Shown here: positions 32,797 to 42,414 of the stretch, piece after piece
How positions within the stretch are numbered: the first letter of the stretch is position 1
Layout: every line of letters begins with the position of its first letter
NCBI GenBank assembly: GCA_963803435.1
Contig: CAWDML010000008.1
Span: 224,001 to 288,000, forward strand
DNA: 64,000 bases
DNA from: an uncultured delta proteobacterium
GTDB lineage: Bacteria; Myxococcota; Kuafuiibacteriia; Kuafuiibacteriales; Kuafuiibacteriaceae
Direction: 5' to 3'
Notes under the pieces: model-generated
Database searches by the model: none
The model's input: only the letters and a program-made list of their open reading frames with translations
What the model was told of the DNA's origin: nothing
Translations under genes and position numbers: made by a program

Positions 32797-33813
32797 TCAC
32801 GCGCCGGAGCTGAACCCGCGTGCGGCAGGTTTGCTTTCAGGCTTCTTCTTCATCCGCTCCATCTCCTTCTTGAGCTCCTTGCAATGATCGACGTCGTTGG
32901 CGCGAGGCGTGAACCAGAGGTAGTCGAACGGGATCTCCTCGGCACCGTAGCGCTCGGCGTACGCGGCGGGTGAGGTCACCTCGTCCTCCACCTCGGTGAA
33001 GCCGATGGTGAGGATCGCGCCTTCGACGTGGGGGGAGAGGTAGAACGGAACGCCGCGGTCCCGCCGGACGTGCCCGTCCCCGGCGACGAGGACCACACCC
33101 TGACCTCCGCTCGCCGCCGTCTCCATGGCCTGGGCCATGAGCGCGTCTCGGATGCGCTGGATGCGAATCATGGAGGGGATCATCGTCTCCGGGAGGTAAC
33201 CGCAGTGACCCTCCTCGAGGTTCTCCTGCAGCGACTTCGACAGCGGCGGCGGAAGCGGCTGGTCGAGACCATAGCGGGACACCAGGTCCCCCGGGACCTC
33301 CGCCGTGCCTCGGGCGATCTCCATCGCCTGCGACCGGGGAAGGTTGGCAGCGAAGATGGGGAGGTGCGCGCGAACGACGGCCTCGAACACCGGCCGGTAC
33401 ATCGACCATTCAGGCCAGCCGGATGTGTCCCATCGAACGGTCGAACGCAGGCCCTCGAGGTCGTCCGGGGCGCTCTCGAGCTGGCGATCGATGGCCGGCT
33501 GCAGCGAGGTCTCGAGCATCTCGAAGACCACGCCGGGGCGCCGCCCGGCGGCGACCACCCAGTCGATCAGCCGGGCCTGGAGCCGGTGGTGGTCCGGATT
33601 GTCGTGCTTCTCGCCGGCGAGCACGAAGGGGCTTTCCGCGACCCGCGCCGCGAGCATCGACGGTTCGACCATTGCGCCCGCCCTCACGTCCCAGATGCGG
33701 CCGGTCAGCGGGTGTGTCTGGGCGATCGGCGATTGCCATCGCTCTATTCGGGCATCAGCGCCGGTCCGACAGCCGACCAGTAGAAGGGTGAGGAGAAGCT
33801 GCACGGATCGCAC
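32797..33813 (-). CDS. ChaN family lipoprotein
   Basis: Lipobox LVGC after GTG 33813; GEKHDNPDHH, FEM, GHCG, QRIRDALMA, AGDGHVR. Confidence 0.85.
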   Translation of the reverse strand: MRSVQLLLTLLLVGCRTGADARIERWQSPIAQTHPLTGRIWDVRAGAMVEPSMLAARVAESPFVLAGEKHDNPDHHRLQARLIDWVVAAGRRPGVVFEMLETSLQPAIDRQLESAPDDLEGLRSTVRWDTSGWPEWSMYRPVFEAVVRAHLPIFAANLPRSQAMEIARGTAEVPGDLVSRYGLDQPLPPPLSKSLQENLEEGHCGYLPETMIPSMIRIQRIRDALMAQAMETAASGGQGVVLVAGDGHVRRDRGVPFYLSPHVEGAILTIGFTEVEDEVTSPAAYAERYGAEEIPFDYLWFTPRANDVDHCKELKKEMERMKKKPESKPAARGFSSGA

Positions 33814-33900
33814 CCGGTGCGTGTAGCACCGAGCGCGGCGAAAGACGCGCGGGATCCGCCCGCCTACCGGAAGACCGCTCCGGTCGAGATCGTCTCGCAT

Positions 33901-34303
33901 CAGCTAACCTACGAGGAGTCTTCGCTTTGCTTCCCGGATCCATAAACTGAAGCGGAAGCCCAACCGTGACGACGCGGCCTTCCTTCTCTATCGGAGAGTC
34001 GACGGCGCGGAACAACAGATCGCTTCGTTGACCAGCATCATGGACTCCAACGTGGATAGCGCGACCATCTTTATCTCGTACGGGCTCGATGACCCGGACA
34101 CGGAGCAGTATTACCAGGTCCGGATCCTGGATCGCGCGGGACGCGAGTATGACAATGGTCCTGAGTTCCCGCTCCAGGAGGGCTGCGGATTTGCTGTCGC
34201 TCCTGAAACCTCGGCGCGATGCTCGACGAGTGGGTGGCTCCTACTGTTCTGGCTGCTCGGGTTCGCGGGCCGAGCGCGACATCGCCCTGAGCGGGCGGGA
34301 TAG
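33901..34303 (+). pseudogene. 3' remnant of a surface-protein gene with MYXO-CTERM-like tail
   Basis: Lower-GC patch; frame ends EGCG..WLLLFWLLGFAGRARHR; in-frame stop at 33905 and no signal peptide. Confidence 0.45.
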
Positions 34304-34391
34304 TACCCGTCGAGGACGTGGCTCATCGTGCGAAGGGCCAGAACGGCTGCACCGCCACCGCCGGCAGCGCCCCTCGACCCGGTGGTGGGCG

Positions 34392-35984
34392 TCAGCGAAG
34401 CCTGAGCTCCACCGCCAGCCGGCGCACCGCCACCTCGTCCTTTCCGCCGGCCACGCGCCAGGCGCGATCCAGGTCGGCGGCGGTGAGGTTGGGATTCCGC
34501 GCCAGCAGGATCGCTCGGAAGGGATCGACGTGACCGGCGCCGTCGCGGGTGGTCCCCGGGATGTCGCGCGCCGCCCGCGGATCGGTCATCAGCGCCGCGA
34601 TCTGGTCGACGCTCAGGTTTGAATTCGCCGCTGCCATCCGGTACGCGATCGAGGCAGCGTAGGGTGACGCGAAGCTGGTGCCCTCGATGTCCTGATCGTC
34701 GCGGTTCGCGCCCACCGGGATCTTCACGCCGGGTGCCCCGATCGTAATCCTCCCGTCGCCCGAGAACGAGGCCACCGTGTCGTCGCGCGGCCCCGGTCCG
34801 TGAAGATCGATCGCGCCCACCGACATGAGCCCGGGCGTCCCGTCGGTCGCGCCCCGCGAGGCGGCCACGTCGCCGGCGCGCAGGGCGTCGAGATAGCTGT
34901 TGGTGGTGGCCTCGAAGACCAGGATCCCCGACTGGCGGCCCCGCGCCAGCTCCTCGGCGAGGCCGGTGCGGGCCTCGGCCAGGTGGCGCTGCTGCTCGGG
35001 CGCCGCCATCTCGCGTGCGAGGCGCGGGAGGATCAGCTCGCGCTGGAGCTTGTCCACGTCCCGCTGGTAGCGCTCGTACTCCGCCTCGCTCTGAGGCGGC
35101 CGGGGCGGCGGATGTCCGAGCGCCGCCGTCGCTTCTCTCCGCAGCTTCAATCCGGCCGGCGCCTGCATCATCTGCTGTGCGACCGCCACGCCGATCTCGG
35201 ACGGGCTCGACCCCCACGAGAGATTCACGAAGGTCCGTCCCTGGGCGCCGGTCCGCCCCAGCTCGCCCCGCAGCTCGGCGAGCCGCAGGCGTTTCTCCAC
35301 CACGTCCATCTCCATCTCGTCGGCGCCGGATCGCACCAGCTCGTCGAGCCCGGGGTTCTGCGGCGCCTGCAGCTCTGCGCGCGCGTACGCCATGAATCGA
35401 TCGGCCGCCTCCCGCGGGAGCTCGCGGCGAACCACGCTCTCCGGCACCGGCCCGGCGTGGAGCGTCACCTGGGCGCCGCGCGCCAGCCCCACGCGGCCGA
35501 CGGCGGTGCGCACCACGGACCGTCCGTGCTCGAGGTCTCGGTCAGAGCCCTCGTCGACGTGGATCCGATCGGCCCCCGTGTGCGGGAGCCCGAGCCGGTC
35601 GAGCCGGGTCGTGAACTGTTGCTGGTGGAGCCGATACGTGTGCCGCCTCGAGACCGGCAGCTCCTCCGCCAGCGCGCGCCGCGCGTCCCGCTGATCCTGG
35701 GCGCTCAGAGGCCGCGGCGGGTCCTTCTGCCGTGGCCGCAACCCGGGCGTCCGGCGGCGCGCGTGATCGATCCGGTAGGTCAGCGCCGCCTCGGCGCCCG
35801 CGCGCGCCCGCACCGCCCGCGCCGTCGCCTCCGTCGGCATACGTCGCGGCGCTGCCTGGGCCGAGCGCTCCGCCACGCCGGGCTCGACCGGTGCCGCGGG
35901 GTCCGGCGCGACGGCCGGCGCGACAGCGAGCGTGGGATCGACGAGCGTACCATCGCGAACGTGCCCGAGGAGGTCGACGGCCAT
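34392..35984 (-). CDS. S8 (subtilase) family serine peptidase without signal peptide
   Basis: HVDEG (Asp), EHGRSV (His), VNLSWG, SVGA, ASFS, APG, GTSFASP (Ser). Confidence 0.8.
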   Translation of the reverse strand: MAVDLLGHVRDGTLVDPTLAVAPAVAPDPAAPVEPGVAERSAQAAPRRMPTEATARAVRARAGAEAALTYRIDHARRRTPGLRPRQKDPPRPLSAQDQRDARRALAEELPVSRRHTYRLHQQQFTTRLDRLGLPHTGADRIHVDEGSDRDLEHGRSVVRTAVGRVGLARGAQVTLHAGPVPESVVRRELPREAADRFMAYARAELQAPQNPGLDELVRSGADEMEMDVVEKRLRLAELRGELGRTGAQGRTFVNLSWGSSPSEIGVAVAQQMMQAPAGLKLRREATAALGHPPPRPPQSEAEYERYQRDVDKLQRELILPRLAREMAAPEQQRHLAEARTGLAEELARGRQSGILVFEATTNSYLDALRAGDVAASRGATDGTPGLMSVGAIDLHGPGPRDDTVASFSGDGRITIGAPGVKIPVGANRDDQDIEGTSFASPYAASIAYRMAAANSNLSVDQIAALMTDPRAARDIPGTTRDGAGHVDPFRAILLARNPNLTAADLDRAWRVAGGKDEVAVRRLAVELRLR

Positions 35985-36123
35985 GCTCCGAACGATCGGA
36001 CCTGGGCGTGATGCACCTCAACCTCAGGGCAAAAGGGCGATGATGACCTCCGGGTGGGAATCGGGAGGACGACGACGAGCGAGGTCGACCCAGGGGTACG
36101 GTCTCGGGATCGAACCCTCGAGG

Positions 36124-37656
36124 TCAGTCGGCGAGGATCACCCGGACCTGATCCGTGCCGGTCCCGGCGGTGAGGATGAGCTCGAGGCTCCGGTTGTCGT
36201 CTCCCCAGCGGATCTCGTCCTGGTTCGCCAGCTCGACGCTCCGATTCGGATCGGAGCCGGCCGCCGGGTACGCGACCGAGGCATCTCCAACCACGGCGTC
36301 GCTCGCCTCGAGCGACGGGACCAGGATCGCGAGCCCGAGGATCTCGTGATCGAACGTCACGGTCGCGTCGACGGTCTGGTTGGCGCCTCCGACCGGATCG
36401 AAGTGGATGAGCCAGCTTCGCACCCGGGTGCCGGCCGCAATCGTCCCCGGCGTGACGCTCGCCTGTGTGGCGTAGCTTCCGGGCGTGGTGAGGTCGACGT
36501 CGAGCGGGGCCGTAAGAACCAGGCCCGACGACTCGGGGAAGAGAAACGCGACGGTGGAGCTTTGGGTCTGGTCGACGACCACCGAGGCCGGCGGTGCAAT
36601 CAGTCCGAGGCTGGTGTTGTGGAGGAACGGGACCTCCGCGCCCGGCGTCGCGAGGGTGATGATCCTCAGCTGATCGGAGGAGCTCGAGGTTTCGAAGTCG
36701 ATGTCGAGATGGCGGCGATCGCCGCGGAGGGTGAGGACGTCCTCGATGCCGTTGAGCTCGATGCCACGGTTCGGATGCCCACCCGGCGGGGGATAGAGCA
36801 CCGTCGGCAGGCCGAGGATCGTGTCGGTCGCATCGAGCGAGCCCGGAGCGGTGATCAGTCCGACGATCCGCTCGGGGAACTGAAGCGTCGCGACCCGATG
36901 GGTGATCGCGGTGGTTGCGCCCGGTGGATCGAAGTGGAGGAAGTAGACGTTGACCAGCAGGCCGGGCGGAAGCTCACCGGGCGGAACGCTGTACGAGGCG
37001 AACCGACCGGGGACGTGGATGTCCAGCGGAATGGCCGCCGGAGCGGCCAGGTTCTCCTGCTCCCGGAAGACGATGATGTTGACCGGATCCTCGGTCTCGT
37101 TCGGGACGACCGACAGCGGCGGCGGCTCGAGCGCAATCTCGCCGGCGGTACCGATGAAGTGCGCCGTACAGGAGCGGTCCGCATCCATGACGACGGTCGT
37201 CATCGGTAGAGCGCCCGTGCAGTCGCCGGTCCATCGATCGAATCCAAAGTCGGCGGCTGCGCTCGCGGTCAGCACGACCCTCGTTCCTCCGCTGTAGACC
37301 TCCGAGCATGGGCCCGTCGGAGGATCGGTGCAGGCGATCGCGCCCGGCGTCGAATAGACGGCACCGCCGGTGCTGGTCGTCGCCACCGAGAGCGTGACCG
37401 TGCCGCTGGCGTCGAGCGCGCCGCCGTCCTCGAGACCGCCGTCGAGACCGCCATCCCCAAGCGTCCCGGTGTCGGCCGAGCCGGCGTCGGCGTTCGGACC
37501 ACCATCCATCGCGGCGTCTGCGCCGCCGCTGTCGACGGCGGCGTCCTTCATCGCGCCGGTGCCGGTGTCGGGCGGGGTCCCAGGATCGTCATCCCCCTGC
37601 TCGCCATCGCAAGCGACGACGAGCACGAGAGCACTGGCGAGGAGCGCACGCTTCAT
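36124..37656 (-). CDS. Lipoprotein with acidic linker, InlB-B-like repeat and two tandem ~160-aa domains
   Basis: Lipobox VVAC; FDRWTGDC..CTAHF; duplicated domain with LHFDP/IHFDP, NRGIEL/NRSVEL, DQLRII/DQVRVI. Confidence 0.75.
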   Translation of the reverse strand: MKRALLASALVLVVACDGEQGDDDPGTPPDTGTGAMKDAAVDSGGADAAMDGGPNADAGSADTGTLGDGGLDGGLEDGGALDASGTVTLSVATTSTGGAVYSTPGAIACTDPPTGPCSEVYSGGTRVVLTASAAADFGFDRWTGDCTGALPMTTVVMDADRSCTAHFIGTAGEIALEPPPLSVVPNETEDPVNIIVFREQENLAAPAAIPLDIHVPGRFASYSVPPGELPPGLLVNVYFLHFDPPGATTAITHRVATLQFPERIVGLITAPGSLDATDTILGLPTVLYPPPGGHPNRGIELNGIEDVLTLRGDRRHLDIDFETSSSSDQLRIITLATPGAEVPFLHNTSLGLIAPPASVVVDQTQSSTVAFLFPESSGLVLTAPLDVDLTTPGSYATQASVTPGTIAAGTRVRSWLIHFDPVGGANQTVDATVTFDHEILGLAILVPSLEASDAVVGDASVAYPAAGSDPNRSVELANQDEIRWGDDNRSLELILTAGTGTDQVRVILAD

Positions 37657-37703
37657 GCGCCGGAGTCTAACAGGGTATGGACGCGGGTCAGCGCCCGCGA
37701 GCG

Positions 37704-39764
37704 CTACGACCTTCGGTTTTGCCGTCTCGACGACACAAAGATCAATACCAGCCCGAGGAGGAGCAGCGGCTCGGCGGCGCTGCCGTCGGTGGTGGTGCAG
37801 CCGCCGCAGCCGCCGCGGAGCTCGGAGAGGCGGCGGGGGCCGTCGGTCGCGCCCGGGTCGTCCGGGTTCGGGTCCAGCGGATCCTTCGGGTCCGGATCCA
37901 TCGGATCCGGATCCATCGGGTTGCCGGCCATACAGGTCGCCGACAGCCGGTAGGAGACGGCGGCGCCGGGCGTGGTGACGCGGGCCAGCAGCGTCGGACC
38001 TCGCGAGGTCCCGGTCAGCGTGCCGCCGCCGGCGAGGACGTCCTGCGTCTGTACAATCTGTTGCGTGCCGGCCGCGTCGTAGAGCTCGAGCCCGATGACC
38101 GTGCCGGCCTGGGCGGTGACGCCCACCTCGACCTGGGTCCCCGCGGGGGCCTCGTACGAGAACCAGTCGTCGTCGGTGCTGCTCACCACCAAATCAATCG
38201 CGGTCCCGCAGCGCAGCGGGAACGCCTGTGACGGGTTGTCGTTCTCCTCGCCCACGGTGTCCATGTTCGGATCCGGAGGCGGCTCCTGGGTCATCAGCGT
38301 CACGTTGATCTCGGGGGTCTCGGAGATGTTGCCGGCGAGGTCCGTCGCACGCACGGAGAAGCGGCGCGTACCCACGCCGACCACCACCGACCAGATGTAC
38401 TGGTTGCCGTTCTGGATGCAGGAGACATCCTGTCCGGTGAAGGGGCAAGGGAAGCTGTCCTGCGCGAACGTCCACATGAGATCGACCGCCGCCAGCCCGA
38501 CGTCGTCGGAGGCGTTGGCCTCGATCTGGATCGTGGAGTTGGCCGCCAGCACGGCGCCGTCCTGCGGGCTCACCAGCGAGACCACCGGCGGCGTGGTGTC
38601 GTTCGGCGGTGGCACCATGGTGCCGAGCTGGATCGTGATGGCGGGCGTCTGCGTGACGTTGCCCGCCGCGTCGATGGCGCGGGCGTAGAACGTCCGGGTC
38701 CCCTGGCCCACGTTGATGTTCCAGGTGGAGACGTCGCCGCTGCGCGTGCAGGTGACGGCGCCGCCGCCGCTGGTCCCGGGGCAGGGGAAGGTGGTGTTGC
38801 TGAACTGCCAGAAGAGCTCGGTGGCGGAGAGCTGCTGATCGTCGGTTGCGACCGCGGTGATCGTGATGGTGCTGTTCTCCTGGAGGGTGGTGCCGTTGGT
38901 CGGCGAGGTGATGGAGATCTGCGGCGGAACCGGATCGTTCGGGGGCGGCGGCGGCGGCATACCGGTGTTGGCGCCCAGCTTGGAGAGCATGACCTGGACG
39001 CTGTTCTGGGTCGCGCGGTTGCACTCGCACTGCCGCGCCGAATATTCGCCGCACTGGGCGTTGTAATCGCGGTAGATCTTATCGCCGCAGCCCGAGAGGT
39101 AGGTCATCGGATCCGGGCAGTAGTATTCGTGGTCGAGCGAAAACGCGTGCGCGATCTCTTGGGCCGCCACTTCGCAGGTGGTCTGTGGGTCTTCACCAAA
39201 CACAGCGGAGAAGGCGAACACGATCGCGTTCGCGATCACCGAGCAGTTGTAGGTGTCGAAGGGCGCCACGCCGCCGACGCCACCGCCGAGACCGACCTGC
39301 TGCGGCCGGCCGCCGATCACCGCCTCGATGTACTGCCCACCGGCGGGCTCCTGGGTCACGACCGTGACGTTGAAAGGCGCCAACTGATCGGTCAGGCAGC
39401 TGACGACCTGCTGCCACTGCGAGGAGGAGCCGCCGTACGGATCGATCGTCGAGGTGCCATTGGGAACGATCGACGTGTTTTGCCGGGAGTCGTCCTGGCC
39501 CGGGTAGTAGGTGCCGCCGTTGCCGTTCAGGAAAATCGGCAGCGGCGGATCACCCGCGCCCACGAACCAGGGACCGTGCGCGCCACGCCCGACCAGCGTA
39601 TCGACGCCGCCCGACACCCGCACCTGCTCGTAGGGCACCGGAATATAGATCCCGCTCGCCCCCAGAGCCTCCGCCTGATCGTCGGAGTCGATCCCGCCCG
39701 GGGGTGGCTGGCAGGCCATCGACCCCAGGAAGCAGACCGTCCAGACGAGCCCTCTTGACCGCAT
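37704..39764 (-). CDS. Surface protein: metzincin-like domain, two Ig-like domains, PPC-like domain, MYXO-CTERM-like tail
   Basis: ATG 39764 with SMAC; QEIAHAFSLDH..DPMTY; PPQISITSP/PPVVSLVSP..DAAGN/DLAGN; DDDWF; GGCGGC-TM-RRQNRR. Confidence 0.8.
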   Translation of the reverse strand: MRSRGLVWTVCFLGSMACQPPPGGIDSDDQAEALGASGIYIPVPYEQVRVSGGVDTLVGRGAHGPWFVGAGDPPLPIFLNGNGGTYYPGQDDSRQNTSIVPNGTSTIDPYGGSSSQWQQVVSCLTDQLAPFNVTVVTQEPAGGQYIEAVIGGRPQQVGLGGGVGGVAPFDTYNCSVIANAIVFAFSAVFGEDPQTTCEVAAQEIAHAFSLDHEYYCPDPMTYLSGCGDKIYRDYNAQCGEYSARQCECNRATQNSVQVMLSKLGANTGMPPPPPPNDPVPPQISITSPTNGTTLQENSTITITAVATDDQQLSATELFWQFSNTTFPCPGTSGGGAVTCTRSGDVSTWNINVGQGTRTFYARAIDAAGNVTQTPAITIQLGTMVPPPNDTTPPVVSLVSPQDGAVLAANSTIQIEANASDDVGLAAVDLMWTFAQDSFPCPFTGQDVSCIQNGNQYIWSVVVGVGTRRFSVRATDLAGNISETPEINVTLMTQEPPPDPNMDTVGEENDNPSQAFPLRCGTAIDLVVSSTDDDWFSYEAPAGTQVEVGVTAQAGTVIGLELYDAAGTQQIVQTQDVLAGGGTLTGTSRGPTLLARVTTPGAAVSYRLSATCMAGNPMDPDPMDPDPKDPLDPNPDDPGATDGPRRLSELRGGCGGCTTTDGSAAEPLLLLGLVLIFVSSRRQNRRS

Positions 39765-39962
39765 GCGGCGACCATTTTCCCAGGCCGGGGCCGCGGTTGG
39801 CATCCTCCCGCGATACGTGGCCTGAAACCCCCGCCCCTGAGCGCTGGTCCATCCCGTCGATTGCGCCAAAGAGGGCAGCTGCAGTGAAAGGCCGGCGCGC
39901 GCCGGTGTTGGGTCGATCGGCGCATCCACCCGAGAACGGATGCGTTCGAGACGGACTGTGAC

Positions 39963-40598
39963 CTACGTCGCCGCACCTTCTGAGGGGAGGATGAAGCGGA
40001 GGATCAGGTCGGACATCTGCGGGATGAGGCGGTCGTCCTCGATGGGATGGTGGGGCTCGAACAGCGCGGCGTTCGTGATCCCGTCCACCGCGTGCACGAG
40101 CACGTGCGCGGCCGCGTCGAGATCGCGGATGCGGAGCTCGCCCATGCGCGCCTCGAGCTGCGCCTTCACCAGGTGCTCGAGCTTCGCGCCCATGTCGAGC
40201 ATCCGATGGATCCTTCCCAGGCGCGGTACCTGCTGGCGCAGCACGCGGTGCAGCTTCGGGTTCAAGCGCTTCGCCTCGATGATGGCGGTGATGAGGGCGC
40301 GGACCGACTCGGGGATCGGGCTCGTCGCCGTGTCGCTCAGGTGGTCCGTGATGAGCGCCATCATCTCGTCGAAGTGACGCTCGATCAGCGCCGCCACCAG
40401 CGCCTCCTTGTTCGGGAAATACTGATAGAGCGATCCGATGCTGACGCCGGCCGTCTTCGCGACCTTGTTGGTGGAGGTCTTGTCGTAGCCGTCCTTCACG
40501 AGAACGCGAGCGGTCGCCTCTAGGAGCGCGTCGACCGTCTCACGGGAACGCGTCTGTTGGGGTCTTTTTCGGGGCGTTGTTCGGGCGCGTGGGACCAT
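39963..40598 (-). CDS. TetR/AcrR family transcriptional regulator
   Basis: PRKRPQQTRS, STNKVAKTAGVSIGSLYQYFPNKEAL. Confidence 0.94.
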   Translation of the reverse strand: MVPRARTTPRKRPQQTRSRETVDALLEATARVLVKDGYDKTSTNKVAKTAGVSIGSLYQYFPNKEALVAALIERHFDEMMALITDHLSDTATSPIPESVRALITAIIEAKRLNPKLHRVLRQQVPRLGRIHRMLDMGAKLEHLVKAQLEARMGELRIRDLDAAAHVLVHAVDGITNAALFEPHHPIEDDRLIPQMSDLILRFILPSEGAAT

Positions 40599-40603
40599 GG
40601 CTC

Positions 40604-40645
40604 AATGCGAGTTTCCGAAAGCGAGCGATCGCTCATATCATGAGC
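40604..40645. promoter_or_regulatory. Probable TetR operator in the divergent promoter
   Basis: Perfect palindrome GAGCGATCGCTC (40623..40634) overlapping IR GCTCAT-atc-ATGAGC (40631..40645) in a 49-bp spacer. Confidence 0.55.
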
Positions 40646-40647
40646 CC

Positions 40648-42021
40648 ATGGTCAGCGCAGCGCAACTGGCACCCCTCTCGACCTCGGCCCACAAGGGCAC
40701 GATGCGCGGCCACCCGCTCCTGGGAAACCTGCTCGGCATGCGCAAGGACCCGGTGGGAATGTTCATGCAGGCCGGGCGGCTGGGCGAGATCGTCCACCTC
40801 CACTTTCCCGCCCGCACGGCCCACCTCCTGACGCGCTCCGAGCACATCAAGCAGGTCTTCGTCGACAACCACAAGAACTACGGGAAGCAGACGCGCGGCT
40901 ACGCGGTCCTCCGCGTCGGGCTCGGCAACGGGCTCCTGACCAGCGAGGGTGAGTTCTGGAAGCGCCAGCGCCGGATCGCGCAGCCGACGTTCCACCACGG
41001 GCGCATCGCCGGGTTCGGCCGCACGATGACCGACTGTACGGAGTCGATGCTGGAGCAATGGTCCACGCGGCGAACCGGGGCGCCGCTCGATCTGGCGGCG
41101 GAGATGATGGCGCTGACGCTCAAGATCGTGGGCTTCTGTCTGATGAGCACCGATCTCTCCGACGAATCGGACCGCGTCGCGGGCGCGCTGAGTCAGCTCC
41201 TCCACCTCACGGTCGACCGCATCACACGCCCGCTGGCGCCGCCGATGTTCGTCCCCACGCCCAAGAATCGCGCCTACAAGAAGGCGATCGGCGCGCTCGA
41301 CAGCGTGGTCTTCGACATCATCCGCGAGCGACGAGGTCTCGACGAAGAGCACCACGATCTCCTCGACATGCTGATGCGCGCCAAGGACGAGGAGACCGGC
41401 GAGGTAATGACGGACCGACAGCTGCGGGACGAAGTGCTCACGCTGGTGCTGGCGGGGCACGAGACCACCGCCAACGCCCTCAGCTGGACCTTCTTCCTGC
41501 TCTCCCGCAATCCGGCGGCGCGGGCCCGGCTGGAGCAGGAGGTCGACGCGGTGCTGGGCGATCGGACCCCCGGCCTGGAGGATCTCCCGTCGCTCCGATA
41601 CACGGACGCCGTGATCAAGGAGTCGATGCGCCTGTTCCCGCCGGCCTGGCTGACGGCGCGCAGCGCGCTCGAGGACGACGAGATCGGCGGCGTCGCCATC
41701 CCGAAGGGATCGATGGTGTTCCTCAGCCCGTACGTGACCCAGCGCCTGCCGTGCTACTTCGAGAACCCCGAGGGCTTCTTTCCGGAGCGGTTCCTCGATC
41801 CGAAGATCGAGGAGCTCCCGAAGTACGCGTACTTTCCCTTCGGAGGCGGGCCGCGCGTCTGCATCGGCAACGGGTTCGCGATGATGGAGGCCAAGCTGCT
41901 GCTGGCCCACATCGCCCGGCGGTGGCGGCTCGATCTGGTCCCGGGCCATCCCGTGGTCCCGGAGGCGGTGGTCACGCTGCGGCCCAAGTACGGCCTTCAG
42001 ATGGTGGCGCAGGCTCGCTGA
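40648..42021 (+). CDS. Cytochrome P450
   Basis: AGHETT, ESMR (ExxR), PERF, FGGGPRVCIG heme Cys. Confidence 0.95.
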   Translation: MVSAAQLAPLSTSAHKGTMRGHPLLGNLLGMRKDPVGMFMQAGRLGEIVHLHFPARTAHLLTRSEHIKQVFVDNHKNYGKQTRGYAVLRVGLGNGLLTSEGEFWKRQRRIAQPTFHHGRIAGFGRTMTDCTESMLEQWSTRRTGAPLDLAAEMMALTLKIVGFCLMSTDLSDESDRVAGALSQLLHLTVDRITRPLAPPMFVPTPKNRAYKKAIGALDSVVFDIIRERRGLDEEHHDLLDMLMRAKDEETGEVMTDRQLRDEVLTLVLAGHETTANALSWTFFLLSRNPAARARLEQEVDAVLGDRTPGLEDLPSLRYTDAVIKESMRLFPPAWLTARSALEDDEIGGVAIPKGSMVFLSPYVTQRLPCYFENPEGFFPERFLDPKIEELPKYAYFPFGGGPRVCIGNGFAMMEAKLLLAHIARRWRLDLVPGHPVVPEAVVTLRPKYGLQMVAQAR

Positions 42022-42028
42022 GCACCGC

Positions 42029-42365
42029 TCAGTCGCGGATGCGATCGCTGAAGTTCGGGACCGAGGAGGCGTCGTCGGCGCGCATGAACTTCTTCTCGCC
42101 CTCGGCCGCCGTCACGTTCTCGTAGACGCCCTTCTCGCGGCGCACCAGCTTGGTGAAGCCGAGCTCCTTGAGCTTGGCGTTCCCCGCCGGCATCGCCAGG
42201 CCAACGGGGTAGAGGATGCGCTCGACCGGCGCGTCGGCAGGCGTCTCTCCAAGGGGCCGCCCGGCCAGCTCGCACACCTCGCTCCAGCGCGAGATCGACC
42301 CGCATCGAATGGGTGACCTCGAGCGTCTCGCCGTTCTGGGCGCAAAAATAGGCATACGTGGGCAT
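42029..42365 (-). CDS. FmdB-like zinc-ribbon-type protein, split by one +1 frameshift
   Basis: MPTYAYFCAQNGETLEVTHSM (frame 42386) continues as SRWSEVCELAG..LKELGFTKLVRREKGVYENVT (frame 42406); break near 42296. Confidence 0.75.
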
Positions 42366-42414
42366 ATCGGCCTTTCTTTGTGGCACGAAGCCGCGACCCT
42401 GCGCAATGGCGGTC

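Noticed and set aside
37850-37925. Short repeats as a CRISPR-like or non-coding array
   Set aside because: They encode the Asp-Pro-rich stalk (PMDPDPMDPDPKDP) of the surface protein; no spacers or cas genes
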